This document shows positions 31,960 through 42,420 of a stretch of 64,000 nucleotides of DNA, in pieces. The notes under the pieces were generated by a model. The model ran no database searches, was not told the origin of the DNA, and saw only the letters and a program-made list of their open reading frames with translations. The DNA is taken from assembly GCA_964486635.1 (NCBI GenBank), contig CAZAOB010000001.1, positions 84,745 to 148,744 of the forward strand, written 5' to 3'. Positions within the stretch are counted from its first letter, which is position 1. Each line of letters starts with the position of its first letter. This DNA is from an uncultured Caulobacterales bacterium. Its GTDB lineage: Bacteria > Pseudomonadota > Alphaproteobacteria > Caulobacterales > Parvularculaceae. A program made the position numbers and the translations under genes.

Positions 31960-33450
31960 TCAGTTTTTTGCCGCACCGCGCGCCAAACCATAATAGACCG
32001 TCGCAGCGACAATGAAACCGACAAACCACGCGTAAACATATATCCCGTCGAAAATCGGCGGGACCGCACTTACAAAACCCGCGGCGTGAAGAAATCCCGG
32101 CAGGTTTGGCAGCGCGCCAATAACAAAAGCCGCGAGCCCCGCCCAATTCCATCCGTTCTGCGCAGCATACGCCCCGTTTGATTTAAACAGCTCATCGACA
32201 TTCAGCTCTGCGCGCTTCAACAGAAAATAATCGGCAATGAGGATGCCGGCGATCGGGCCCAGCAATGCAGAATAGCCGACCAGCCACGTAAAAATGTAGG
32301 CGCTGGCATCTTCGACCAGCTTCCACGGGAAGATCGCGATTCCGATCGCTGCGGTGATGTAACCGCCCATGCGGAATGAAATTTTCGACGGTGCCAGGTT
32401 TGAAAACCCATATGCGGGAGCCACCACATTCGCGGCAAGATTAGTAGTCAATGTGGCGATCACCAGCGCCGCCAGCGCGAGAATGACGCCGATCCCGCCC
32501 ATGCGGCCCGCAAGGTCGACCGGATTCCAGATTGCTTCGCCATAAATCGTCACCGTCGAGGAGGTCACGGCAACGGAGATGAATGCAAACAACGCCATGG
32601 GCAGCGGCAGACCAACCGCTTGCCCAATAACCTGCGCGCGCTGACTTTTGGCGTAACGGGTGAAGTCGGGAATGTTCAGCGCCATGGTTGCCCAGAACCC
32701 GACCATGCCGGTGAGCGAGATAAAAAATACGCCCCAGAACTGGCCTTCCTTGGCGCCGCCTTCGATGAATTGCGACGGCGCAGAAAGCATTTCGCCAAAG
32801 CCGCCAGCAGTCACATAGGCCCAGACCAGCAACGCCAATCCCATAGCGAGCAGGAACGGCGCCGCCAGCACTTCGAGCCAGCGGATAGACTCCGTTCCGT
32901 TTCGAATGAAATAAAGGTGCATCGCCCAGAAGACGAGAAAACAAATCGTTTGCGCAGGATCGATGCCGAGCAGCGGCAAGGCCTCGCCGCGAAACATGCC
33001 GTCCGTCAGCGTATTCAAGATGACATAGATCGCCGAGCCGCCGACCCATGTGTTGATGCCGAACCAGCCGCAGGCGACAAGCCCGCGCGCAATCGCCGGA
33101 ATTTTGGCGCCTTGTGGGCCAAACGCCGAGCGCAAAAGCACCGGGAACGGCACGCCGTATTTGGCGCCCATATGGCCGATTGCAATCATCGGCATCAAGA
33201 CGATGACATTACCGAGCAACACGGTCAGCACCGCCTGACTCCAGTTCATGCCCGCTGCGATCAGCCCGCCTGCGAGCATGTAGGTCGGCACGCAAGCGAC
33301 CATCGCCACCCACAGCGCGGCGAAGGCTTTCGCGTCCCACTTCCGCGCGCTTTGCGCCACCGGCGCCAGATCTTCATTCCAGAGCCCTGAGTCGAACCCT
33401 GCGGGACTCTTCGGCGCTGCGGATGCGGAAGGTGCGGCGGCTTCTGACAT
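31960..33450 (-). CDS. NCS1-family nucleobase (uracil/cytosine/hydantoin-type) permease
   Basis: 12-TM ORF with an NCS1-type N-terminus (..LWNEDLAPV...RKW..). Start moved from 33558 to ATG 33450 so that it no longer overlaps the upstream gene's 3' end. Confidence 0.85.
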   Translation of the reverse strand: MSEAAAPSASAAPKSPAGFDSGLWNEDLAPVAQSARKWDAKAFAALWVAMVACVPTYMLAGGLIAAGMNWSQAVLTVLLGNVIVLMPMIAIGHMGAKYGVPFPVLLRSAFGPQGAKIPAIARGLVACGWFGINTWVGGSAIYVILNTLTDGMFRGEALPLLGIDPAQTICFLVFWAMHLYFIRNGTESIRWLEVLAAPFLLAMGLALLVWAYVTAGGFGEMLSAPSQFIEGGAKEGQFWGVFFISLTGMVGFWATMALNIPDFTRYAKSQRAQVIGQAVGLPLPMALFAFISVAVTSSTVTIYGEAIWNPVDLAGRMGGIGVILALAALVIATLTTNLAANVVAPAYGFSNLAPSKISFRMGGYITAAIGIAIFPWKLVEDASAYIFTWLVGYSALLGPIAGILIADYFLLKRAELNVDELFKSNGAYAAQNGWNWAGLAAFVIGALPNLPGFLHAAGFVSAVPPIFDGIYVYAWFVGFIVAATVYYGLARGAAKN

Positions 33451-33497
33451 AATGCCCCTTAATAATGTCGATGCGTTGATGCGGCGAACCGCCGGCC

Positions 33498-34367
33498 TTA
33501 CTCCAGCGCGGTCAATGGTCCGTAGGCGTCTGGACGGCGATCGCGAAAGAACTGCCACAAATCGCGCACTTCCCTCACCATATCCATGTTCATGTCGTGG
33601 ACAATGAGTTCGTCTTTGTCGCGGCTGGCTTCTTTTTCGATCTGCCCGCGCGGATTAACGAAATAGCTCTGACCGTAGAATTCGCCGATGCTCCACGGTT
33701 CTTCAACGCCGACGCGATTGATGGCGCCGATCCAGCAGCCATTGGCGACGGCGGATGCGGGTTGCTCGAGCTTCCAGAGATATTCCGAAAGGCCCGCCAC
33801 CGTTGCGGACGGGTTGACGATGTATTCCGCGCCATTGAGCGCCAATGCGCGCCACCCTTCCGGGAAGTGCCGGTCGTAACAGATATAAACGCCGAGTTTG
33901 CAGTAAGCGGTGTTGAACACCGGCCAGTCCGAGGCGCCTGGCTTGAAGAAAAACTTTTCCCAGAAGCCCGCCACCTGCGGAATGTGCGTCTTACGGTACT
34001 TGCCGAGATATGAACCGTCGGCATCAATCACTGCCGCCGTGTTGTAATAGACGCCAGCGACATTGGTCCGCTCGTAGATCGGCACGACGATGACCATCTT
34101 GTATTTTTTTGCGTATTCCTGCATCAGCTTGCAGGTCGGGCCATCGGGAATATCCTCCGCCGCCGCGTACCATTTTTTATCCTGACTTGGACAAAAATAC
34201 GGTTGGGTAAAGACTTCCTGAAAGCATAGAACCTGTACGCCCTGTCTTCCGGCTTCGTCGATCAACGGAAGATGCGCGTCAATCATCGCCTTGCGAATAT
34301 TTTCCGGCGTATCATCGGTCGAGCCTTTCAGGCCCATCTGGATCAGCCCGCCGCGCAAATTCGTCAT
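33498..34367 (-). CDS. Beta-ureidopropionase / N-carbamoyl-amino-acid amidohydrolase (nitrilase superfamily)
   Basis: Nitrilase-superfamily catalytic-triad context (..VLCFQEVF.. Glu, ..YRKTHIP.. Lys, ..GVYICYDRHFPE.. Cys). Located inside the pyrimidine-degradation cluster. Confidence 0.85.
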   Translation of the reverse strand: MTNLRGGLIQMGLKGSTDDTPENIRKAMIDAHLPLIDEAGRQGVQVLCFQEVFTQPYFCPSQDKKWYAAAEDIPDGPTCKLMQEYAKKYKMVIVVPIYERTNVAGVYYNTAAVIDADGSYLGKYRKTHIPQVAGFWEKFFFKPGASDWPVFNTAYCKLGVYICYDRHFPEGWRALALNGAEYIVNPSATVAGLSEYLWKLEQPASAVANGCWIGAINRVGVEEPWSIGEFYGQSYFVNPRGQIEKEASRDKDELIVHDMNMDMVREVRDLWQFFRDRRPDAYGPLTALE

Positions 34368-34414
34368 CTTCGCCAGTCTCCTTTGTGGCGGCGCTGTTCA
34401 GCACCGCTTCTTGG

Positions 34415-35911
34415 TCAAGAATTCATCGTCGGAAAATTCAGATCCGCCCCGGCGCGGATGCCGGTCGGCCAGCGCGTCGTGACGGTCTTGAGCCGCGTAT
34501 AAAAATGCAGCGCTTCCGGCCCATAGATACCGTGGGCGCCGAAGCTCGATCTCTTCCAGCCGCCAAAGCTGTGATAACCCACCGGCACCGGGATCGGCAC
34601 ATTAACGCCAACCATGCCGACCTTGATGCGCGCAGTGAAATCGCGGGCTGCATCGCCGTCTCGGGTGAAGATCGCCGTACCGTTCGCGTAAGGATTCGCG
34701 GTGATCAGTTCGACGGCGTCGTCATAATTTTTGGCGCGCACAACAGACAAGACCGGGCCAAAAATCTCCTCGTCATATACGCTCATCCCCGGACGCACAT
34801 GATCCAGTAATGTGCCGCCAAGCCAGTAGCCTTCCTCATAGCCTTGCAAAGAAAGCCCGCGCCCGTCGACGACGAGCTTGGCGCCTTCTTTTTCGCCCCG
34901 ATCAATCAGTCGGGAAACTCGGTCGCGATGAGCGCGGTTAATAAGCGGGCCCATCTCGGCGTCGCTGTCCGTCGCGGGGCCGATTTTCAATGCGCGCACA
35001 CGCGGCGCTAATCTTTCAACCAACCGGTCTGCAGTTCCCTCGCCCACAGGCACCGCAACGGAAATCGCCATGCAGCGTTCGCCCGCTGATCCAAAGCCTG
35101 CACCGAGCAGCGCGTCGCTTGCCTGATCGAGATCCGCGTCGGGCATGATGATCATGTGGTTCTTGGCGCCGCCTAACGCCTGAACCCGTTTGCCGGAAGC
35201 GCAGCCGCGCTTGTAAACATATTCGGCGATTGGCGTGGACCCGACAAAACTCACCGCCGCAATCCCCGGATGATCGAGCACCGCATCGACCGCTTCCTTG
35301 GCGCCGTGCACAACATTCAGCACGCCCGTAGGCAGCCCCGCCTCGTTCAGCATGTCATGAATGAGGTTGGCGCTTGACGGATCTTTCTCCGACGGCTTCA
35401 GAACGAACGCATTGCCGCAGGCGAGCGCCATGGGAATCATCCAGAGCGGCACCATGGACGGAAAGTTGAACGGCGTGATGCCGGCGACAACGCCTAGCGG
35501 TTCACGCACCGCATGGGTGTCAACATCCCGCGCAACACCGCGCGAGAACTCGCCTTTCAGGAGTTGCGGAATGGAACTGGCGTATTCGACGACTTCGAGC
35601 GCTCGCGTCACCTCGCCCAGCGCGTCATCATGGGTCTTGCCGTGCTCGGCGCTGATGGTTTCGGCGACCTCATCCCGGCGTTTGCGCATGACATCGCGCA
35701 GCGCGAACATGACTTCTGCGCGTTTGGCAGGCGGCGCGGCGCCCCATGCAATTTGCGCAGCAGCGGCGGCGTCAACGGCGCGCGCAATCTCGTCGGCGCC
35801 GCCCAACAGAACTTCGCCCGTCTGTTCTCCGGTCGCCGGATTAAACACAGGCGCGACTTCATCGCCCCTTGTTATTGTTTCTCCGGCGATGATGTGGCCT
35901 ATGCGTTTCAT
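34415..35911 (-). CDS. mmsA: CoA-acylating (methyl)malonate-semialdehyde dehydrogenase
   Basis: ALDH fold with the MMSDH-type N-terminus (..HIIAGE...VFNPATGE..) and catalytic ..GERCMA... 4-nt overlap with preA. Confidence 0.9.
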   Translation of the reverse strand: MKRIGHIIAGETITRGDEVAPVFNPATGEQTGEVLLGGADEIARAVDAAAAAQIAWGAAPPAKRAEVMFALRDVMRKRRDEVAETISAEHGKTHDDALGEVTRALEVVEYASSIPQLLKGEFSRGVARDVDTHAVREPLGVVAGITPFNFPSMVPLWMIPMALACGNAFVLKPSEKDPSSANLIHDMLNEAGLPTGVLNVVHGAKEAVDAVLDHPGIAAVSFVGSTPIAEYVYKRGCASGKRVQALGGAKNHMIIMPDADLDQASDALLGAGFGSAGERCMAISVAVPVGEGTADRLVERLAPRVRALKIGPATDSDAEMGPLINRAHRDRVSRLIDRGEKEGAKLVVDGRGLSLQGYEEGYWLGGTLLDHVRPGMSVYDEEIFGPVLSVVRAKNYDDAVELITANPYANGTAIFTRDGDAARDFTARIKVGMVGVNVPIPVPVGYHSFGGWKRSSFGAHGIYGPEALHFYTRLKTVTTRWPTGIRAGADLNFPTMNS

Positions 35912-37197
35912 TCGGCCGCCTTGGCGTTCAGCGTTTTGGAAAGTTCAGGCCATGTAAGATACGGCCGATCCGTTTCGACAGCCTCCATGGTGATGCAGTC
36001 CTTCACCGGACACACATGCATGCAGAGATTACAGCCGACGCATTCGTCATCGATCACGGAAAAAGCGCGCCCGCCATCCGGCTTCGCGGTGATCTTGATC
36101 GCCTGATGCGACGTGTCCTCGCAGGCGATGAAACACCGGCCGCACTCAATACAGGCGTCCTGATCGATCCGCGCCAGCAGATCGTGATTCATGTTGAGCG
36201 CATTCCAGTCGACGGTTTGCGCCGACGCCTTGCCCTTGAAGTCGGCGATGTTGCGATAGTTTTTCTCGCGCATGAACGAGAGCAGGCCTTCATTCATGTC
36301 TTCGACAATGCGGAACCCGTACAGCATCGCCGCCGTGCAGACCTGAACGCCGCTGGCGCCCAGCGCGATAAACTCTGCCGCGTCGCGCCAGGTGGTGATG
36401 CCGCCAATCGCGGAAATTTCGAGTCCTCGTGTTTCCTGCTGGCGCGCGATCTCCGCCGTCATATGGAGCGCGATAGGTTTCACCGCCTCACCGCAATAAC
36501 CGCCATGGGTGCCGCGCCCGTCAACGGTCGGCGTCGGCGTCATCCGGTCGAGATCGACGCCGATGATCGAATTGACCGTGTTGATCAGCGACACGGCGTG
36601 CGCGCCGCCGGCCTTCGCCGCCGTCGCCGGGATCATGATGTCAGTGACGTTTGGCGTCAGCTTGGTGAATACCGGCAGGTTCACCGCTTCGCGCACCCAG
36701 CGCGTCGTCTGTTCGACAAATTCGGCAACCTGCCCGACTGCAGAGCCCATGCCGCGCTCGCACATGCCATGCGGACAGCCGAGGTTAAGTTCAATTCCCT
36801 GCACGCCGGCATTGGCGACCTTGATCGCCAACCCTTTCCACGCTTCTTCATCCATCGGCGCCATGATCGAGCCGATGATGACCCGGTCCGGCCATTCGCG
36901 GCGCATCTCCTCAATCTCGCGCAGATTGACGTCGAGCGGCCGGTCGGAAATCAGCTCTATATTGTTAATGCCGATGATGGTGCGGTCATGTGATCTGTGT
37001 ACGCCATAGCGGCTGGTGACGTTCACAACCGGTGGATCTTCGCCCAGCGTTTTCCAGACAGCGCCGCCCCATCCCGCTTTGAAAGCGCGCTCGACATTGT
37101 ATTTTTTGTCCGATGGCGGCGCGGAAGCGAGCCAGAACGGGTTGATGCTTTCAACACCCGCAATCACGCAGCCAAGGACAGCTTTGGAACTCGTCAT
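35908..37197 (-). CDS. preA: NAD-dependent dihydropyrimidine dehydrogenase, PreA subunit (DHOD-like TIM barrel plus 2x[4Fe-4S] C-terminus)
   Basis: ..NLGCPHGM.., FMN-barrel motifs, C-terminal ferredoxin motifs CIECGRCFIACED and CVGCNLCMHVCP. Confidence 0.9.
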   Translation of the reverse strand: MTSSKAVLGCVIAGVESINPFWLASAPPSDKKYNVERAFKAGWGGAVWKTLGEDPPVVNVTSRYGVHRSHDRTIIGINNIELISDRPLDVNLREIEEMRREWPDRVIIGSIMAPMDEEAWKGLAIKVANAGVQGIELNLGCPHGMCERGMGSAVGQVAEFVEQTTRWVREAVNLPVFTKLTPNVTDIMIPATAAKAGGAHAVSLINTVNSIIGVDLDRMTPTPTVDGRGTHGGYCGEAVKPIALHMTAEIARQQETRGLEISAIGGITTWRDAAEFIALGASGVQVCTAAMLYGFRIVEDMNEGLLSFMREKNYRNIADFKGKASAQTVDWNALNMNHDLLARIDQDACIECGRCFIACEDTSHQAIKITAKPDGGRAFSVIDDECVGCNLCMHVCPVKDCITMEAVETDRPYLTWPELSKTLNAKAAE

Positions 37198-38549
37198 TGC
37201 GTCGCTCCATTTTTTGCAGCACGCAGGAAAGCATCGACGGAGATCGCAGCCTGCTTGCCATCTTCCACCGCTTGCACCGTCAGATCTTCACCGCGTGCGA
37301 TGCAGTCGCCGCCCGCATAGACGCCAGGAACAGACGTCCGGTAGTGTTCGTCGACCTGGATTTTTCCATTTTCAACTTTAGGGTCGCCGCATCTTGTCGG
37401 GTCGAGCTTCTGGCCAATAGCTTTCAGAACAAGGTCAGCTTTGAGCTCGAAACGATGATCGGTCGTCTGAAGTTTCCCGCTGACAATTTTTGTTCCGGCA
37501 AAGACGGCCGTTTCAACCTTGCCGGCGCCAGAGAATGAATGCGGCGCAGCCCAGTATCGCATAATGACGCCGTTCGACGACGCAAGATCCTGCTCCCAGC
37601 CGGTGGCGCTCATGGCTTCGGGCCCGCGGCGGTAGACTAGCGTTACGCTGCGCGCGCCGAGACATTTAGCTTGCACCGCAGCATCGATGGCCGTATTGCC
37701 GCCGCCGATAACAATGACATCTTTTCCGACTGCAACTTTGGACTTGTCATTTGCCTGCCGGATTTCCTCGATGAACTCGAGCGCGTCACGAACGCCGTTC
37801 AGATTCTCACCTTCCGCTCCGAGTTGGTGGCTTTGCGTCAAACCGGCGCCGATAAAAACCGCATCAAACTCAGACCGTAATTTCGCCAGAGACAGATCTG
37901 AGCCCAGAGTCTTGCCGTGCTCTATGCGAATGCCGCCGACACCCAGGAGAAATCCAACTTCGCGCTGCGCAAAGTCATCGGCCATTTTGTAGGCGGCGAG
38001 ACCATATTCGTTAAGCCCGCCGGGCTTCGGCTTGGAATCGAAAACAACAACATCATGTCCCAGCATCGCGGCGCGGTGAGCAAAGGATAATCCAGCCGGT
38101 CCTGCGCCAACCACCGCAAGTCGCTTGCCAGACGATGGCGCGCGCTCAAACGGATGCACGCCGCCCTTCTCCAGCAAGTGATCAACGGCGTAGCGTTGCA
38201 GCTCACCAATCTTTACGGGCGCGCCTTCTGTGTGATGCACGACGCATACTTCCTCGCACAATACTTCCGTTGGACAGGCGCGCGCGCAGGTTCCACCCAT
38301 GATGTTCTGTGAGAGGATGGTTTTCGCCGATCCTTCAATATTGCCGGAACGGATCTGATGGATGAACTTTGGAATGTCGATATGGGTCGGACAGGCGTTC
38401 ATGCAGGGCGCGTCGTAGCAAAACACGCATCTTCCAGCGTCAACAACCGCCTGAGCCGGATCAAGACGGGGGTGCAGGTCCGCAAAATTCTCCGCCACTT
38501 CTGCCGGCGTCAGTCCTGCGTCGTCCGTGTTGATCTTGAAATGCCTCAC
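37194..38549 (-). CDS. preT: NAD-dependent dihydropyrimidine dehydrogenase, PreT subunit (GltD-like)
   Basis: N-terminal Fe-S motifs (CVFCYDAPCMNACP, CARACPT), then VAVVGAGPAGLSFA and VIVIGGGNTAIDAA dinucleotide motifs. 4-nt overlap with preA. Confidence 0.9.
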   Translation of the reverse strand: MRHFKINTDDAGLTPAEVAENFADLHPRLDPAQAVVDAGRCVFCYDAPCMNACPTHIDIPKFIHQIRSGNIEGSAKTILSQNIMGGTCARACPTEVLCEEVCVVHHTEGAPVKIGELQRYAVDHLLEKGGVHPFERAPSSGKRLAVVGAGPAGLSFAHRAAMLGHDVVVFDSKPKPGGLNEYGLAAYKMADDFAQREVGFLLGVGGIRIEHGKTLGSDLSLAKLRSEFDAVFIGAGLTQSHQLGAEGENLNGVRDALEFIEEIRQANDKSKVAVGKDVIVIGGGNTAIDAAVQAKCLGARSVTLVYRRGPEAMSATGWEQDLASSNGVIMRYWAAPHSFSGAGKVETAVFAGTKIVSGKLQTTDHRFELKADLVLKAIGQKLDPTRCGDPKVENGKIQVDEHYRTSVPGVYAGGDCIARGEDLTVQAVEDGKQAAISVDAFLRAAKNGATQ

Positions 38550-38560
38550 TCGCGTGCTTC

Positions 38561-39868
38561 CTATGCGCCTGTTCCTGCAGCTTGAATCGCATCGGCCAAA
38601 ATATCAAACCCTTCGTCGATTTCGGCTTCCGTCACCGTCAGCGGCGGCGCGAGACGAATGACGTTGCCATAAAACCCGCCCCGACCGATCAGAAGGCCGC
38701 CCGCCTTGGTTCGCTCCATAATGTCGGCCACGGCGTCGACATTGGGCACCTTCCCGTCAGCGCCGACAAGTTCGATCCCGATCATCAGCCCCTTGCCACG
38801 CACTTCGCCAATTACCGGCGCCTTCTTTGCGAAGGCTTCCAGCTTCTCACGCAAGCGCGCACCCTGTTTGGCGGCGTTCTCCTGCAGATTATTTTCCTGA
38901 AGATAATGCAGGTTCGCCAGCGAGCCGCGTGTCACTAGCGGATTGCCGCCAAAGGTCGAAATGGAATTCGCTTTGAAGCAATCCATGATCTCCTTGCGCG
39001 CGATAACCCCGCCAATGGCGAGGCCGTTGCCGAGCCCCTTCGCGAACGTCAAAATATCCGGTGTAAACCCATGCGCTTGGTATCCCCAAAAATGTTCGCC
39101 GGTGCGGCCCCATCCGGTTTGCACTTCATCTGAAATAGATAGGATGCCCCTGCGCTTCAGCACATCGTTGAAGCGGCCATACATGCCGTCGGGCGGCGTG
39201 CCGAAACCGCCGACGCCCTGGATCGGTTCCGCGATCAGGCACGCAACGTCGCCGGCTGTCGCGACTTCCAAAACATTTTCAAGGTCACTGACGCAGGCGC
39301 GCATATAGTCTTCGTCAGACATACGCGCGAACGGACTGCGATAGGGGTAGCCGCCGTGAATATAGGACACGTTGAAGGGCGAGAGCGATGATGGCGACCA
39401 TGACGATGTTCCGGTCGTCGCCATCGCGGAGAAAGAGCGCCCATGATATGAGTGGCGCATGGCGAGAATCTGGTTTGAACGCCGATAGGCTGTCGCCAGC
39501 ATCAGCGCGGTGTCGTTCGCCTCACTGCCCGAGTTGGTGAAGAAGACCTTTGCATCCGGAATGCCCGACAGCGCGGCGATTTCTTCAGCCAGCTCAACCT
39601 GTGAGTCGATCAGATAAAGCGTCGAGGAATGCAGCATCTTTTCGGCTTGATCCCGGATCGCCTCAACAACACTCGGAACCGCGTAACCGGTCATCGTCGT
39701 TAGAATGCCGCCGAAGAAATCGAGATAGCAGCGATCGTCCTGATCCCAGACCCGCCGCCCCTCGCCCCGGACAAGTTGGATCGGTTCTTTATAGTATAGG
39801 GCGAGCCAGGACGGCATGACCGAGCGGTGCCGGTCGAGAAGAGAAATGTTTTGGCCGATTGTTGTCAT
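38561..39868 (-). CDS. Class-III PLP aminotransferase (probable beta-alanine:pyruvate / omega-amino-acid transaminase)
   Basis: ..DFFGGILT.., ..NSGSEANDTA.., ..ISDEVQTGWGRTG.., ..TFAKGLGNG.. (PLP-Lys). First gene of the pyrimidine-catabolic operon. Confidence 0.85.
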   Translation of the reverse strand: MTTIGQNISLLDRHRSVMPSWLALYYKEPIQLVRGEGRRVWDQDDRCYLDFFGGILTTMTGYAVPSVVEAIRDQAEKMLHSSTLYLIDSQVELAEEIAALSGIPDAKVFFTNSGSEANDTALMLATAYRRSNQILAMRHSYHGRSFSAMATTGTSSWSPSSLSPFNVSYIHGGYPYRSPFARMSDEDYMRACVSDLENVLEVATAGDVACLIAEPIQGVGGFGTPPDGMYGRFNDVLKRRGILSISDEVQTGWGRTGEHFWGYQAHGFTPDILTFAKGLGNGLAIGGVIARKEIMDCFKANSISTFGGNPLVTRGSLANLHYLQENNLQENAAKQGARLREKLEAFAKKAPVIGEVRGKGLMIGIELVGADGKVPNVDAVADIMERTKAGGLLIGRGGFYGNVIRLAPPLTVTEAEIDEGFDILADAIQAAGTGA

Positions 39869-39996
39869 GTATTTGCCGGACCGTTAGAGGGCGCCCCTCT
39901 TAGCAAGTTTTCACCCCCTCCGCCAGTGACTTAGATGAGCAAGCACAAGCAGTTTCTCTGGTGCATGTGCGAACAAAATGCCGCCGGCGGCGCCCC

Positions 39997-40026
39997 AAAA
40001 AAGGGCGGACCATCGCTGGTCCGCCC
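39997..40026 (-). terminator. Rho-independent terminator separating the TBDR/DUF1501/DUF1800 operon from the pyrimidine operon
   Basis: Minus strand: GGGCGGACCA-GCGA-TGGTCCGCCC followed by TTTTTT. Lies about 208 nt downstream of the TBDR stop (40234). Confidence 0.7.
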
Positions 40027-40233
40027 TGGTTCACGATTCTCATCGCAAAAAAGGTCGTTGCTACTCTGTCATTCGCAACTCGGCCGCAATACTCACCGCA
40101 AATTCGTGAGTACTCCGGCGAAGGAACCCACAATTGTCACTGACTATACCACTTTTTATGCACGGCGCGCGCCAGCAACACTCATGTCGCCAGTAGCCGC
40201 ACGCTATTTGCAACGTCGTACGCATCGGAACAA

Positions 40234-42384
40234 TCAAAACTTGTATCTCAACCCACCGTAGACGGCCGCCCGGGCGCCCGGAGAGAAGACGCGCGCATTG
40301 TCAAGCGACTGCGAAATGACGGGCGTTGCTCCCGCCACATAAGCACGGTCTGTCACGTTTTCACCCGATGCAAACAGCTCCACACGATCATTAAGAGTCA
40401 TCCCCGCAGAAAACCCCAGCACTGCGCCGGTCGGAACTGAAACCGCGTTGACGTGGTCGGCGTAGTACTCCCCACCCGCATACGTCACGTTGGCAGCGAC
40501 AAACCATCTATCTTGGAGCGCGTAGCGCAACTCCCCCCGATAGAGATGAACGGGCGCGCCGGCCAATCGATTGCCGTCGATTGGCCCCAGCGGATCTGCA
40601 TCAACAAACCGGAAATTGTTGTAAGAATAAACGTTTCGCCAAGTCAGAGCGCCACCGCGCGCAGCGAGCGCTTTAGGAAAGAGGTGGAGATCGATAGCCG
40701 CTTCGAGTCCCTTGTGACTGGTCTTGTCCACATTCTCGAATACGTCACTATTCACAAAGCTGGCGGGATCCCCGGTGTTGATAATCTCGCTCTCGACGTC
40801 CGTATCAAAATACACGATGTCCCAACCAGCCCAGTCGCCGATGACACCGCGCAACCCGCCTTCAAGTGTGAATGAATCCTGTTCATTGAGTCCGTTGAAC
40901 TGCGTCGGATCTTCAGCAATCAGTTCATAGAAAGTCGGCGGTTCGTAAGCGCGGGAGGCGCTTGCAAAGACCTCGAGCCCATCGTCGATCTTGTACGCTG
41001 CGCCTGCGCGCGCCGCTATTCCCGTAAAGCGGCGATTCTCCACATCGTTGTTTTGAAGGTCGGTGAGCTCGCGTTCAACCCGGATGAATTTTGCACCCAG
41101 ATCAACTACCAAACCGCGAAGCGGCCGATATGCGCCTTCGACAAATCCGCTGAGGTTTTTGGATTTGTGTCGAGACTCAACTAGCTGATCGCCCTTCAGG
41201 CCGAAACTGTTTTCAAATCGGTCAGATGTTTGGCTGCCAGTAGAAAATAACCCGCCGGCTCGGTACATCGCCTCGGAGCCGAACATAGTAAGCCTACGTT
41301 CAACTTGAAGGCGCGCGCCCCACTCACTTCCATCTTCCTCTATGAATCCGGAAAAATCCGTTTGAGGGCTCGCGATGCGCCGCCGCGTATAATGGCCGAC
41401 AATCTCAATCTCATGTGCAAACACTTTGAAGGTGGACCGGCTGGCAAGCCGGCCCTCTGTGATGTCTCGCGCAAAGTCATCCTGCCGGGCGCCGTCCACC
41501 AAACTGAAAACCGGCCCGCCAGGAAAAAGCGGCCCGAGTGATATGGGCGGCGCTGGCTCATCCGGACCGCCCAACAGTGCGGCTAGATCGAGCCCGCCGG
41601 CAAGCTCCGTTTTGCTGTTCGTCACATCAAGAAACAGTCTGGTGCTGACTGCGTCAGACAGCTGGAAGCCTGCATTTGCGTGAAACTGCTCGCTGCTGCG
41701 CTTGTTATTGTCTCGAAGCCCATTCTCGTAAACACCCGACAGCGCTGCATAGTAATCCATGACTGCGCCGTCGGGTCCGTGAGCGACTTCGACAAGGGCT
41801 TGTCCTCCGGGCTTTCCGTTGATCGCCGCGCCGGCGTCCACCCGCGCCGTGATACCTTGTCTCGCAGATCGGCCCGTTTTGGAAACAAAGTTCAAGGCCC
41901 CGCCCAGATTGTCTCCACCCTCGCGCAAATTGGCGACGCCGCGATAGATTTCGATCGCTTGCACCGACTGAAGGTCTATTTCCGAGGTGTTTGTGGTTCC
42001 ATGGACGTCTGTCAGCGATGCTCCGTCCCTGTTGACGTTGACGGTCGACCGATGCTGGTTGTTGGACAGTGCGAACCCGCGAATGATAATGCGCGGCTCT
42101 TGCAGGTCCAAAGCGTTGATGACCACGCCTGGCGCAAAGAATAGTCCGTCGCTAACGTCGTCAGCATAATTGTCGTCAAAGTCTTCGCGGGGCCTTTTGT
42201 CTTCAGCTCCCGCGCGAGTCAGGGCGATTAGATCGCTCAGGGGGCGATCACGCAGCGTCGTGGCGGAAGAGCCTTTATTGAGGCTGTCTTCTATGCCCTC
42301 GCCGCTGACCACTGACGCCTTGACCGCTGAAGTCAGCGCGAGCAGTGAGCAGCTCACAGCCAAAAGATGCTTTGCACTTTGCAT
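40234..42384 (-). CDS. TonB-dependent outer-membrane receptor
   Basis: Signal peptide MQSAKHLLAVSCSLLALTSAVKA, plug (..IIIRGF.., ..IEIYRGVANLREGGDNLGGALNFVSKTG..), C-terminal ..YGGLRYKF. Confidence 0.85.
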   Translation of the reverse strand: MQSAKHLLAVSCSLLALTSAVKASVVSGEGIEDSLNKGSSATTLRDRPLSDLIALTRAGAEDKRPREDFDDNYADDVSDGLFFAPGVVINALDLQEPRIIIRGFALSNNQHRSTVNVNRDGASLTDVHGTTNTSEIDLQSVQAIEIYRGVANLREGGDNLGGALNFVSKTGRSARQGITARVDAGAAINGKPGGQALVEVAHGPDGAVMDYYAALSGVYENGLRDNNKRSSEQFHANAGFQLSDAVSTRLFLDVTNSKTELAGGLDLAALLGGPDEPAPPISLGPLFPGGPVFSLVDGARQDDFARDITEGRLASRSTFKVFAHEIEIVGHYTRRRIASPQTDFSGFIEEDGSEWGARLQVERRLTMFGSEAMYRAGGLFSTGSQTSDRFENSFGLKGDQLVESRHKSKNLSGFVEGAYRPLRGLVVDLGAKFIRVERELTDLQNNDVENRRFTGIAARAGAAYKIDDGLEVFASASRAYEPPTFYELIAEDPTQFNGLNEQDSFTLEGGLRGVIGDWAGWDIVYFDTDVESEIINTGDPASFVNSDVFENVDKTSHKGLEAAIDLHLFPKALAARGGALTWRNVYSYNNFRFVDADPLGPIDGNRLAGAPVHLYRGELRYALQDRWFVAANVTYAGGEYYADHVNAVSVPTGAVLGFSAGMTLNDRVELFASGENVTDRAYVAGATPVISQSLDNARVFSPGARAAVYGGLRYKF

Positions 42385-42420
42385 TCACTTGTCCTGCTGG
42401 ATTTTACGCTGCGACCCTGA